Assembly: GCA_030295235.1 (NCBI GenBank)
Contig: AP026155.1
Coordinates: forward strand, 496,001 to 560,000
Length of the DNA: 64,000 nucleotides
Source of the DNA: Fistulifera solaris
Lineage: Eukaryota
Direction: 5' to 3'
Below, piece by piece: positions 1 through 12,300 of the stretch (its first letter is position 1; each line of letters begins with the position of its first letter). The notes under the pieces are model-generated. The model was not told the origin of the DNA. It saw only the letters and a list, made by a program, of their open reading frames with translations, and did no database searches. The position numbers and the translations under genes are program-made.

Positions 1-371
1 GAACACAAACGCGGGCACTGGAGGGACTCCAACTCGTGCGCTATGAACAAGGACAATTTTTTGGTGTTCATCATGATCTAGGAATTTATGATGAAGAAGA
101 AGATACCGTCGCATTACCCCCCAAAACGACATGGAGTCCACGGCGTTTGGTCACCTTATTTTGCTATTTGAATGACTGTTCCGAAGGGGGTGCTACGGTT
201 TTCCCGAAAGCTCAGTTGCGGGTGCAACCGGCAGCAGGAAATGCGGTCTTGTTCTCGAATGTAATGTCGGGTGGTATGCCCGATGTTCGGACACTGCATG
301 CGGGAGAACCGCCTACTTCGCCCCAATGTGTCAAGTATGGATTGAACATTTGGTTTTGTGAGGAATTTTGA
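1..371 (+). CDS. Prolyl 4-hydroxylase-like 2OG-Fe(II) oxygenase, C-terminal part (5' end outside window)
   Basis: RYEQGQFFGVHHD (HxD), RLVTLFCYLND..EGGATVFP, TLHAGEPP, KYGLNIW: typical P4H double-stranded beta-helix motifs. Confidence 0.85.
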   Translation, partial: TQTRALEGLQLVRYEQGQFFGVHHDLGIYDEEEDTVALPPKTTWSPRRLVTLFCYLNDCSEGGATVFPKAQLRVQPAAGNAVLFSNVMSGGMPDVRTLHAGEPPTSPQCVKYGLNIWFCEEF

Positions 372-955
372 GGCTTGGCTCGTGGCTAAGCAACGTGAAT
401 GGATCTTGCAACTCTAGGTGATTCACTAGTCACCCCTCCGCTAAACTTAAGCCCCTGGCTTGGTGGAAACAAAAATATTTGTTGACTTTGACAAACAGAG
501 TCAGGCATCCTCAGTTACGGGTCCCAATCTCGTTTAACCGCGTCATGCCGAAGCGTTTTGGGAGTTCTTCTGAGATACAAGAAGTTGCCGCCCGCATCGA
601 ATCGAACGAAATTCCACGAGTGGGGACTTCGCAGGGTCACTTTCCGAGTCCCGTTCGGGGAAACTCGTAGATGGAAGCACCGGCCTTTGAATGTCAGGGC
701 AATATATCAGATTACGAAACCAAAATCCGAAAAGGTGAACATCGATCATGGTAGGCGTTATCAACATGTCAACTTGAACTGGGTTGGATAAATGAAATGC
801 ACCGGGTTTTAATAGTAAGGCAGGTCAGCGTTCGAACCTAAACGCCGTTGTCGGAGACTCCAAGTGAAGCAAACTGTTTGCAGTCAAATCTGATCATAAA
901 CGCAACATCCGCGGCGGTGAACACGAAATTACTTTGAGACTTGTCGACTTTCAAG

Positions 956-2322
956 ATGAGACGATTTCCAGCTAATTTTAGATGGGGAACAGCCACTGCA
1001 GCTTATCAGATTGAAGGCGCGACTCGTATCGATGGTCGTGGGCCTAGCATCTGGGATGCCTTTTCTCAAATACCCGGTAAGATTTATGGGGGGCATACCG
1101 GAGACATTGCGTGCGATCATTATCGCCGATTTAAGGAGGACGTTGGCCTTCTTAAATCAATGGGTGTCAAGTGTTACCGATTTTCTATTGCCTGGCCTCG
1201 TATTTTGCCCCAAGGACGAGGGGATGTCAACGAGAAGGGTGTAGCGTTTTACAACGAACTTATTGATTGTCTCATTGAGAATGACATTGAACCGTGGGTG
1301 ACGATTTATCACTGGGACTTGCCGCTCGCATTGCAAATGGAAATGGATGGGCTATTGAATCCTGACATTGCCAAATGTTTTGCCGATTATGCTCGTGTTT
1401 GTTTCGATCGCTTTGGAGATCGTGTTCGTCACTGGATCACCTTGAACGAACCGTGGTGCAGTGCCGTGTTGGGACATGGAGTCGTGTGTCTGAAACAGAA
1501 CCGTATGTGGCCGCTCACAATCTTTTGCGCGCCCATGCTTATATGGTTGATGTTTATCGCCGCGAGTTTCAAGAAAGTCAACGAGGTGTGATCGGTATCA
1601 CAAATAATTCTGACTGGCATGAGCCCCTCACAGACTCTTCGGAAGACCGCGAAACCGCAGATCGTGCTCTGGAGTTTTCGTTGGGATGGTTTGCAGATCC
1701 TGTCTACTTTGGTGATTATCCACCTAGTATGCGCGACCGGCTTGGGTCTACTCTACCCCATTTCAGCGAAGAAGACCACAAACTTTTGAAAGGATCATCT
1801 GATTTTTTCGGTCTCAATCATTATAATACTAACATGTCTGCGGCGGAGGGTAGTATCGACTCGATGTTGCAAGACTTGTACAACAATGAGGGCGATCATG
1901 TCGATCTTTTGCGCGATCCCTCGTGGAAGCAAACTGATATGGGTTGGAATATTGTGCCATGGGGGATCCGGAAGTTGCTCGAATGGATCGACAGACGTTA
2001 CGACCATCCGCCCATCTACATTACAGAAAACGGCTGCGCTTTGCCTGGAGAAGACGTTCGTGAAGTAGCCTTAAACGACGTTGGCAGACTGGAATTCTTC
2101 AAAGGGTACCTTGGTGCTTGCCATGAGGCTATTGAGAACGGAGTCGATCTGCGTGGATATATGTGCTGGAGCATGATGGATAATTTGGAATGGTCGCATG
2201 GGTACAGTAAGCGCTTTGGCTTGACATGGGTTGATTTCAAAACTGGTGAACGTCATCCTAAAGCGTCGTTTCGGTGGTACTCAACCGTCTGCGCGGAAAA
2301 CGCGATGCGCCCAGTTGAGTGA
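956..2322 (+). pseudogene. GH1 beta-glucosidase copy 1, frameshifted by a 19-nt deletion at 1480/1481
   Basis: WGTATAAYQIEG, TLNEPW (acid/base) and ITENG (nucleophile) motifs split across ORFs 941-1591 and 1375-2322; relative to the paralogue at 15282 the segment AATGGATGTTTCGCGCCGG is missing. Confidence 0.8.
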
Positions 2323-2607
2323 GCCTTTGAAGCTGAACATTAATTAACAACTCATAGAGGAATATGCAGATTAAAAAGAGTTGAAACTTTGACTATAAAT
2401 TAAATATTAGCGTTAAGCTACCAGCAATTCTGCGAATACGCTTCGACTTCAACATTTGTTTTCTCGACTTTGAGTACTTTCGTGAAAGTAAAGACTCATC
2501 TATTCTTACTCAGTATTTGCGGTTGAGTCGTTGCAGACAAATTATGTGTCGGTTCGTAAGCAGTGGGAAACTACAAAGGTAATTCCTTCTCGAAGCTATT
2601 ATTTTAC

Positions 2608-4577
2608 TCACTTTTTGAGAAGCGAATCCCTGTATTCCTTAATAGCTCGTCCCCATATTTCGTAGCCTTTCTTGTTCGGATGAACGCCATCCGTGTATAA
2701 ATCAGCCTTCACTGTCCCGTCAGAGTTCAGAAACAAGTTCGTTGCTTCAAAGAATTGGACGGCATTTCCCGTCGACTCGGTAAAGCATTTTAGCTTTGAA
2801 TTGATGAGATGAATAACATCAAAGCCTGTATCCATGCGAGGAAGGATTGAATTGATGACAATTCTTGCTTTTGGTTTTCGGCGCATAATTTCTTTTACTA
2901 CGACGATGTTTGCAGCGACAATCGTATCAGAATTGCAGTCGTCGGTAATATCATTCGTCCCGATCAGTATCCATATAACTGAAACGTCAAGCTCCGAAGG
3001 GGAGTTCCCCGTTTTGAATACGATGTAGAAGGTACGATGACCTGTCTGCTGAAATTCCCATTACTAGCGTGGATTCGTTTGAAAATAGTTCGGCGAAAAC
3101 GCCCGGTATATCCCTATAGCGAAGCGATGGAGTACCGAGAACTGTTCCAAGCCACAGTTCTGTTATCGAGTCCCCCATAAGCATTAATTCCACGGTCGAC
3201 TTGTTTGCTAGAAACGGAATCAGCTGGTTTTTATTGCGCTGGAATGTTTTCGTCCATCGTGCATGCATTCTCGGGTCATCATTTGCCATGGGTAAATGAG
3301 GATCTAGACACAGACATGGATCTTTCTGACGGCAACGGTTTGTCGGCGCGGTCGAGTTTTCATTCATCATGGCGTCGAAATAGCTGGCTCTTCCGCAAAT
3401 GGGCTGAGATACCGTGTTATCATCGCGAGACATTTCAAAAATAATTTCTTCGACTCGCTGAACGATCGCCTTGCCCCAAACTCTATAGCCCTCACTCGAT
3501 AGATGAAGCGAATCTTGGTATAGCGTAGCGTTTCGATAGTCTGGACTTTCATGTGCCACAAAGAGATTGGTAGCGTCGAAGAACTCGAGGGCACTGGAGG
3601 CAAACATTTCTGAATAACACTCGAGATGCTTGTTAATTCGTAGTGCCTCTTGCCAATTCCGATCCTCTGTGAGATGCGTATCATTGGCGTTTCGACCACT
3701 GCGGGGCAACAATGAATTCAACACGACTTTCGTTTTACCTGGAGTCAACTGCATTCAAAACAAATTCCGCCACTGCAATATTCCCAGCCACCACAGCGTC
3801 TACATTGCAATGATCACCACCCAAGTCGTTGGTCCCAATATTAATCCAGATAACTTTCGCCGTCGTCAGGAGTTCACCCTCTTTCATTCGGTACAAGAGA
3901 TGCGGAATGCGGTCACCGGATATTCCTAACGCCAAGCCCCGCATCGTCCCGTCTTGAAAATAGTGCTGATACACTGGACGAACGTCACTGTAATCACGAT
4001 TCTGCCTACCAAAATCCGTTCCAAGCCAGTGTTCGGTCAAGCTATCACCGAGCAAGAGAACATCTAAGGCTTGTGAACTATTAAATCGTTGCGCTATGTC
4101 CACGTTACGCTGAAAAGCGTCGTTCCATTTTTGTAATATCGGTAATCGACGTCCTGTTTTCGCGGAATGGTAGGATTCTGGCAAAGACATTTTCGTTTCC
4201 GGCCAATATCATCACACAAATCCATGCTATCCAGTTTCTTGCGCAATGTTTGATAATACTGAAGATTTGGGCAAGAACGAATCACTTCCGGAAGCGTAGG
4301 ACCGACATAGATAGGATCCACAATGGTAGGTGCGGGAAAAGCGGCCGGTTCTTGAGAATACTCTTCTGTGGGCAGCTCCTTCAGATCCTTAGATGAGACA
4401 TCCGATGCATGGTTATCGGGCAAATAGTAGATAAGAATACTCGTGACGATGAAGAGAAAGAGGGAAAGGAGAGTATAATACAGCGTATTTTTTTGACGAA
4501 CGTTCGCTTATCCGTCTGGTCGACGGAGCTTGCTCACCTTCCCTCACTGGAAGACTTTCGTAGGCTCCTTTTGTCAT
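2608..4577 (-). CDS. Type II membrane protein with two tandem SGNH/GDSL hydrolase domains (PAF-acetylhydrolase IB-like); about 4 single-base frameshifts
   Basis: Domain 1: LLLGDSLTEHW, GISGD, INIGTND, QDSLH. Domain 2: MLMGDSITELW, GISAD, IGTND, TDGVH. Stitched from ORFs 4413-4613, 4094-4423, 3735-4190, 2987-3754 and 2608-2886. Confidence 0.8.
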
Positions 4578-5705
4578 ATTATTGAGGAAGAAGTTGGGTA
4601 TAGCATTATACAAAAGATTGCCTCAATGATACGATGTGGTCATTTATCTGATCTTCGCGCTCTGCATCTCGGCGGTGCAGATGAGATTTTGCGGCTTTTT
4701 CGTAGCCGCTCGCAAGGCCGATTTCGGCGACCTTGTTCTCTAAAACACTATACTACCCATTCCGTGATCCAATGCATGCGTGATTCACCCACTTCCTTCC
4801 GCCGTGTGTGCAGAGGAGGAGTCGTTCGAGGAGTAACGAAGAATAAGTTAAGGCAAGAGACAACGAAGCAGTTTGAAGTAAAAAAAGATTGCGGTCACAA
4901 CTTTCACATCATACATGACGGTCGAGGGAAAATCGATAATGAGAAAAAGAGAATAGCGTACTCGTCCCTTTTTTCGTTTCCTTTGTCGAGATGGTGAAAC
5001 TAATTTCTTCACTTAATATGTCACATCTCTCCTCTTTTTTCATTTTTACTTCCTCTATTGTTTTAAACGCGCGCGAAGAATGGCAAAAGCGACACAGATA
5101 ACGTCAAAAAGTATCTAGAAAAGCGGCTGAGTTTGGTCCGACGTCTCCCGAAAGGATCTCTGGGCGTTTCACCTTCCTTTCAATCATACCTCCTTTAGAT
5201 TCTCAATAAGACTTCTAGTTTTCAAGGGCTAGTGCTTAGATTGTCCAGACATAAGTCGCTGTCTTGATGGTTGTGTACAAGCGGCGGCGTAAGATTGCAC
5301 TTGATCCAAACGTAATCTGCAATCTGAAGCGGAATATTCCACAGACGCAAGTTGTCGTTCATTTTTCGCGCAAGACGATCTTACACCTATAAAAAGCAAC
5401 GATATCAAGTCAAACAAAGTTTGTGATCTGAAACGTCGATGTCTGTGTTCGTTTCGAGCTCGACCATCCAACCCCTCGTTTAAAGCTCCACGAAAATCCG
5501 TTCTCCCTCCTCCGTATTTTAACTTTGAAGATACGTGCTGATGTTGTCGTAAGCAACTCTTTTGGTCGATGCAGGCATCTTCTCGATTTCCACACCCATT
5601 TTGCACGAGGTCTGCCTAATTGGCGACCTTACGGTAATATCATTGCAGCCGGCTGAAAGCACGCCAACACCCGAAACCACTGGGTAAACTTTCAGCTGTT
5701 CGACA

Positions 5706-6827
5706 TTAAGGTCCATCTGCCGTCTTCCAATCTAAAATCTCTACCTTCATATCATCCAATATCCGTTTCACCCGTTGAACAATTGCCCGTCCCCATAGTT
5801 TGTAGCCTTCAACATTCGGATGTATAGCGTCTTGAAATAGCGTCACATTTCGATGCAAAACATCGTTTGGTTCCATAAAGAGTGCCGTGGCGTCGAAAAA
5901 CTCCACGTGGGGAGTCGCTTCGGCATAGCAGTGCAATAATTCATTCACCTGTCGGGCCAGTGTTTGTCGTCGCGTCACTGGCAAGATCGAATTAATGACC
6001 ACACGGGTGGGTTGATGCCTATGTGCCAAGATAGCTTGCACGATTTCCATTATCCCCGACAGGACCGCCTCGGGGGTACAATCTCTCTTTTGAATGTCGT
6101 AAACTCCAACAGTGAGCCAGACAACAGGTGCCACGATCCCGTCACCTTTCAATTCATCGTTTTGTATTCGATACAACAATTGACTGTAACCATCTTCACC
6201 TACTCCGAGCGGCACGCCCTTGACCGAAGTTTCACCCCTGGCACCAAAGCGTTCCGCAAAGACATCTTTGATGGGATGATAACGGCCACGCCCGTAAGAG
6301 TCCGGCATCGGAACACGTGAGAAATACGTCCCTTGCCACCGCTCGGTCAATGAATCACCCACGAGCAGTACATCGAGGGCGTCCATGACATGTTCGAAGG
6401 GTTGCAGGAGAAACGAATTTCGTTGTCGTGTTCGATCCCACCATTCCTTCTTTTCATCATATTCGCTGGGCATAGCCGGATCTGGACAAAAGCATTCGCT
6501 ATTTTCTAAACAACGATGTTCGCTATCTTTCATTCGTTTCAATAGCGTATGTCGAAGGAAATAGTCGGCATCCGACACGAGCTCTTTACAATCCAATTCC
6601 AGGAACGTCGAGTCGACTAGATACAAATCGTCGATATCATCAACATTGTCTTGTATATTCAGTCGAGAACCGATAATCACGAGAGCCAGCACGCTTCCAG
6701 CAAGTAGGAAGAGCAAAATTTTTATTTTTCGGCTCCTTTTTCGTGTCACGGGCACTAACAGAGCCGACACTTCGACATCCTCATCCTCGCTTTCTGTGTC
6801 ACTACACTCAATTTCGAGTCTTTGCAT
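5706..6827 (-). CDS. Type II membrane SGNH hydrolase
   Basis: Intact 373-aa ORF; N-terminal TM (ILLFLLAGSVLALVIIG), Cys-rich stem, LLVGDSLTERW, QDAIH. Confidence 0.88.
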   Translation of the reverse strand: MQRLEIECSDTESEDEDVEVSALLVPVTRKRSRKIKILLFLLAGSVLALVIIGSRLNIQDNVDDIDDLYLVDSTFLELDCKELVSDADYFLRHTLLKRMKDSEHRCLENSECFCPDPAMPSEYDEKKEWWDRTRQRNSFLLQPFEHVMDALDVLLVGDSLTERWQGTYFSRVPMPDSYGRGRYHPIKDVFAERFGARGETSVKGVPLGVGEDGYSQLLYRIQNDELKGDGIVAPVVWLTVGVYDIQKRDCTPEAVLSGIMEIVQAILAHRHQPTRVVINSILPVTRRQTLARQVNELLHCYAEATPHVEFFDATALFMEPNDVLHRNVTLFQDAIHPNVEGYKLWGRAIVQRVKRILDDMKVEILDWKTADGP

Positions 6828-7375
6828 TCTATCTGACGACGATGTAAGATAGTTTTAACAAAAAGTCGTCTAACAGGAACAAGAAATGAGAAAGAAAATA
6901 CCAGGTAAGAACTGTAAGAACAGACCTGAGGTGACCTTTTTTTCTGTCGTCTTTCTTTTCGTTTGCAACAAAAAATAAGTGCGCAAAAGCGGTCATCCTT
7001 GAACCATCGGATGGACAGACAGAAATTTAAGTCCCATCACAACTTTTGCTTAGCAAAACTTCGACCATGTGCGATTGATGCAAATGAATAGGATCGACAG
7101 TCATTGATTGTGTGTTAGCGAAAATGTTGCAACTACCATTGTTGCCGAAACTGAATACCTTTTTAGCAATTCAATTAATAGTCGAGACCGCCAAAAAGTC
7201 TCTCTTACGTTCAATTGACTAGTATGATGCGAAGGGGATCTCTCGAGCAAGAAACTTGCAAGTGTTCAACACAATCGATAAATAGCAAGAGAGACTAATC
7301 GTATGCAATGATCTGTTTCAATTGACGTCTATATGCAAATAAATTATACTATTAAAGCGCTGTTGAAGCGGGTTT

Positions 7376-8450
7376 CTATAAACCTTCTTCTTCTAAAATG
7401 TGTAAGACGCGATGAACAATTGCTTCTCCCCATACCTTGTAACCTTGCGCATTCAAATTGACCGTATCAGCAAACAAATCCGGGTTTGGACGCGACACAT
7501 TCCCCCTCCATGATACTCAGCAAAGGCGTCGCATCAAAGAAATCAACATTCGGAATTTGTTGCGCGTAGCAATGCAATCGTTCGTTGACTTGTGTGACTC
7601 GCTCATTCAATGGTACTAACGAATTGATTACAATCCGTGTCGGCTGATCGTGTCTTTTCCGAATCTCTTGCAGTTGTTGGATGACAGACAATACGCCAGC
7701 CACTACACCATCGGCGGTGCAGTCGTAATACTGCATGTCGTTGATTCCGATGTTGATCCAGAGGATGGGAACTTTGAATGTAACTGGCAATTCACCATTT
7801 TGAAGACGATACAATAATTGACTGAAACCGTCTTGCGCAATGCCCAGAGCAAGGCCACTAACAACCCGTTCGTGATCGCTCGTGACGTTGGTAGCCTGAA
7901 AATACTGTTGATACAAGTCATGAATGTCACCCCAAGCCTTATGACCCGTCACTTTAGAGCGAAAATGAGAATTGTTGGTCCCCAGCCAGTGTTCGACTAA
8001 CGAATCTCCGAACATGAGAACATCCCAGTGTTTATTGTCCGAATCCTGAATCAATTTGAGGTTGCGCTGGAAGACATTGTTCCATTCCGGATCCCATTGA
8101 TTCCCTGTCGCAACCTTCGGAGACTCACATTTGCAATGTCGACGATCTCTGTCACCCGTGACACATCTCCGAGGTTGATGATTCGCCATATTTCCGACAA
8201 CGTGTTGAAAATACTTGTCATCCGCACCGACTGCGTCACAGTCAATCGAAGTAAACGTTGAAACGACCGGTGCTGTCACTACAGGTTCGTCCAGTGCCTC
8301 GGCAGACTCGGGTCGTAATGTCATGGCCATGATAATGATCATGAGACTCAACAAGGCGGCGATGAGAAACAAGGAAGCCCGGCGAATGTGCGGGCGATGG
8401 AAAACAGCAAAGCTGTAATGGCCGTCGCGAGTGACGCTTTCGACATTCAT
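7376..8450 (-). CDS. Type II membrane SGNH hydrolase paralogue (one frameshift at the G-run near 7502-7506)
   Basis: TM helix, LMFGDSLVEHW, GIAQD, INIGIND; after the frameshift it reads NVSRPNPDLFADTVNLNAQGYKVWGEAIVHRV..EGL* (TAG at 7378-7376). Confidence 0.82.
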
Positions 8451-8753
8451 TTCTTATAAATTGTGGATTGATTGGTTTAACAATTGTTTTCTTGAGATAT
8501 GGAAAGATAAACAGTATCTAAAACACCCCATCATTTGCCCAGCAACGACAAACCTGAGGAAAAAGCCGACGGTCATCGTTTCCTCCCGCAATTTTCGTGA
8601 GAATGACTGTTTCCTTACTGTGATCCACCGTGTACACTGGATTTGAAGTTTGAGGCGTGAACGCACAAGCTGTGAGTCACGAGACAATGTCTCACCGTTC
8701 ATCGTTCATTCAAAGGAGTTTGGTTCCTACTTTGTAGTGTACGCGCGCGATCA

Positions 8754-9264
8754 TGTCAAAGAGCGAGGTCGAGGTTGAGTGTCGGACTGAAAGATTTATT
8801 CAGTCATGAGTTGACACGTCATCGGATGTCGGAATGGTTCGAAATGACCGCCTAGTTTATTGGGAAAGCATTCTACTCGTGAAAGGAGTCTCGGAAGTGT
8901 TTCGAACTATATGTTTGGGGATTTGGGATCACGGAAGAATCCAGTATGCAATTATGGACGATGACTGTTGCTAGTTGCTAAGGAACATGCAATAATGGAG
9001 AATCTGGTGGATTGGCAGAAAGGGCTATTTTATCCTAAAGTTGTTATTGGAGAAATGGACTTGGCAAGATCGGATCATGATCAGATCAAGATCAGATCGG
9101 AGACCAGTGAAAAGAGGAAAGCGAAAGTAATCGTAGGAAATCGTCATAATTCTGTAAGCGAGTGTTTGGAGCAAAAGTTCGTTGTTTCAATAGTCTTTTG
9201 TCTGGGGTGTGTGGAGTCCCCCGATAGCCGAGAGCAGTTACAGACCGCGGTAGAAATTTCAACA
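8754..9264 (+). repeat. 5' LTR (511 bp, TGTCA...CAACA)
   Basis: Direct repeat of 13621-14133; by-eye comparison found 2 substitutions and 2 homopolymer indels. Confidence 0.97.
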
Positions 9265-9313
9265 CGCTTATAAGCGTGGCGTTGAGAAAAAAAAGTTTAC
9301 GAGACAAGACAAG

Positions 9314-12300
9314 ATGACCGACGAGGGAGAGAAGATGAGGGCTTTGACCTTCTACCCGTTGGACGACAAGGTCGCTGAGAAGTCGTACGATGACTGGAAG
9401 TTCAAGACGATGTCGTTGATCACGAAGAGAGGTTGGACGAGTGTGTTCGATGACCTGAAGGCCGAGATCCCCACGAAGGAAGTTGCGATGGGAGCGACGG
9501 CGACGGCGAAGGACAAGGAGTTGTATCGAAGCAATCTCGAGATCATCGATTTGTTGGTGATTGCGTGCGAAGGCGTTCCTTTGGGTCTTGTCAAGAGAGC
9601 GGATGGCGATGCGAGAGACGCATTCAAGCTTTTGGATGCTAAGTACGCCCGGAACAGCGAGGAAGATTTGGCGGAAGTGTTGGCGGAGTTCGGACGGTGC
9701 AAGTTGGCGTCGAAGGAAGATGACCCTGACAAGTTCTTCCTGGAGTGCGATCGGTTGCAGAACCGTTTGAAGACAATCGGATCGCAGTATGTGAAGCCAA
9801 GTTTCGTTTTGAAGGCCCACTACTTGGCCAACCTTCCTGACGAGTATTCGGATGTGATCACGAAGTTGAGCGGAAAGATCAACGAGACCTCGATTGAAGA
9901 CCTCGAGAAGGAGATCCGGAACAAGTGGAAGCGCTGTTTCAAGCCCAAGAACGATGAAGAAAACGAAGAAAAAGAAAAAAGACAAAAAAGAAAATAAAAA
10001 TTTAGCATTAAACGTCGAAAAGGGCAAGGGTGGTTTTAAGAAGAAGTTCAAGGAAAGTGCCGCAACTGCGGCAAACAAGAACACAAGGCAGTGGAGTGCA
10101 AGAGCGACAAGAAGAAAGTCTGCTTCAACTGTGGCAAGGAAGGCCATTTCTCTCGCGAGTGTCCGGACAAGTCGAACGGCAAGGATCCGAAGCCGGAGAA
10201 CAAGGACCTGAACATGTTCGTCGGCATGTGCTATGAGGTCGGCAAAGGCGGCGAAGAGTTCTGTGGCGTCGTTCATCAAGTTGGCGCGGTCGAAGTGTCG
10301 AGAGTCAAAGACAAGGAAAGGTTCCTTCTCGACAGTGGAGCGACGTGCCATGTTGTTGTGGATGAAACGATTTTGAGCGATGTTATTTCGACGAAGGAGT
10401 ATTTGGTCGTCGGTGACGGAAAGGAAGTCCAAGTACACAAGAAGGGTACACTCATGCTCGCTACTGTGGGTGGTACTATGAAGTTGAGTGAAGTCAAGGT
10501 GGCGCCGACGTTCGCGAAGAATATTATCAGTACTGGGGCTTTAGTGAAGCAAGGGTGCAAGATTGAGATAACCAGTTGTGCGATGAAGATCACTGACCCC
10601 TCCGGAAAGAGTGTGTTGACGGTACCTCAGTCACACTATGGGTTATACTACTTGAAGGCTAGCGTTGTTAAGTCAGATGTCCATGCGGTGGAGACCAAAG
10701 TGAAGATGGACATAAATGCTGCGCACGATATGTACGGACACGCAAGCGACATTCCTTTGAAGAGTCTCATGAAACAGTTGGGAATCGAGTTAACTGGAAC
10801 CAAGGAGACATGCGAGGCGTGCGCGTATGCGAAGGCGAAAGCAAAGGCGGTGTGCAAGTCGACGGCTATCAAAGCAACGGCGAAAGGAGAACGATTCTAC
10901 GTGGACACGAGTGGGCCCTACAAGAAATCGTTGGGACAGAGTTGCTACTGGATCTTATTGGTGGATGATTACACGCGCAAAGCTTGGAGTTACTTCGTTA
11001 CAAAGAAGTCGATGATTGGCAAAGTCATGACGCTATTTCTTGATCGCTTGAAAGGAGATCCGAACGTAATCGTAAAGTACATTCGGTGTGATAATGCAGG
11101 CGAGAACGGAACATTCAAGGAGATCTGTGAGGCGAGGGGCATAACTATGGAGTTTACTGCCCCGCATACTCCGCAGATGAACGGTGTTGTTGAGAGGAAG
11201 TTCACGACAATTCGCGATAAGGCCCTTGCGATGATGTTGGCGGCGAAGTTGTCGGATGAGCATCAAGGAAAGTTATGGCCCGAGGCTGTTCACACGGCAA
11301 CGAAGTTGGATAACGCTGTCCCGAATCGGAATGTGGAATCGAGCCCTGATTATGCGTGGTACGGCGAGCATCCTAAGATACTGAAACACTTGGTTCAGTG
11401 GGGGCGGATCGGATATGTGACTTTACGAAACAAACAGCCCAAGTTGGAGAAGAAGTCAGTGAAATGCGTGATGGTTGGGTACGCGGATTCGCATGCGGGC
11501 GATACGTATCGTGTTTACAAGCCGGATGAAAATATTGTCATTCTCTCACGTGACGTCACTTGGGCAGACTGGCATGGATCGAGTGCTTCAGTTGCATCAG
11601 AGTTAAGGATGTTTGCAGCTGGAATGGAAGTCGACTTAAAGGATGACCAAATTGGGGAGGAAGTCGCAATCAAACCGGTGATGCTCGAAGATGTCGATGC
11701 TGGAGCAGGGAGGAAAGTTGTGGAAGAGAAAGCGGCAGAGGAAGTTGTCGAAGTGGCTGTGGAAGGTCCTACGGAAGCTCTGGTACCCGAGGCTACGGCG
11801 GACAATACTCCAGCACCGAATCAACGGAAAGAGACGCAATCGACGATGAAAAGACTGAATAGAGAAATGGCAAGGCTGGACACTTCATATAATCCAACAA
11901 TGAACGCCAAAGGAGAGATCAATACAATCGATGTGTCGGAAGGTTATTTTCACTACGTTTTGAATACGGAGTTGGCGTCGGATCCTGGTGCGCCGAAAAC
12001 TTACAAGGAAGCCTTGGTTGGTCCGGATGCAGACAAGTGGAAAGAGGCAATGAAGAAGGAGATTGAAAATTTCATTAAAAGAGATGCTTGGAAGATGGTT
12101 CCTAGAAAGCAGATGAAGGAGAGAGGACGGAAGCCTGTTACGCCGAAGTGGATTTTCAAAAAGAAGAAAGAGGCAACGGGAATTCGTTTCAAAGCTCGGA
12201 CTTGTGCGCGGGGGTTTGTTCAAATCCCTGGTGTGGACTTCACTCTTTCGCATTCACCTGTTGCATCGGACATGTCGGTTCGAATGGTTTTGGCAGTGGT

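Noticed and set aside
5229..5716. Short ORFs between the SGNH genes
   Set aside because: No motifs, mostly non-ATG starts and overlapping frames
9950..10100. Programmed gag-pol ribosomal frameshift
   Set aside because: The break lies in an A-rich run upstream of the zinc knuckles, where indel errors are expected; it cannot be told apart from an artefact
9092..10438. 448-aa antisense ORF over gag
   Set aside because: Shadow ORF of codon-biased gag sequence with no recognisable motifs
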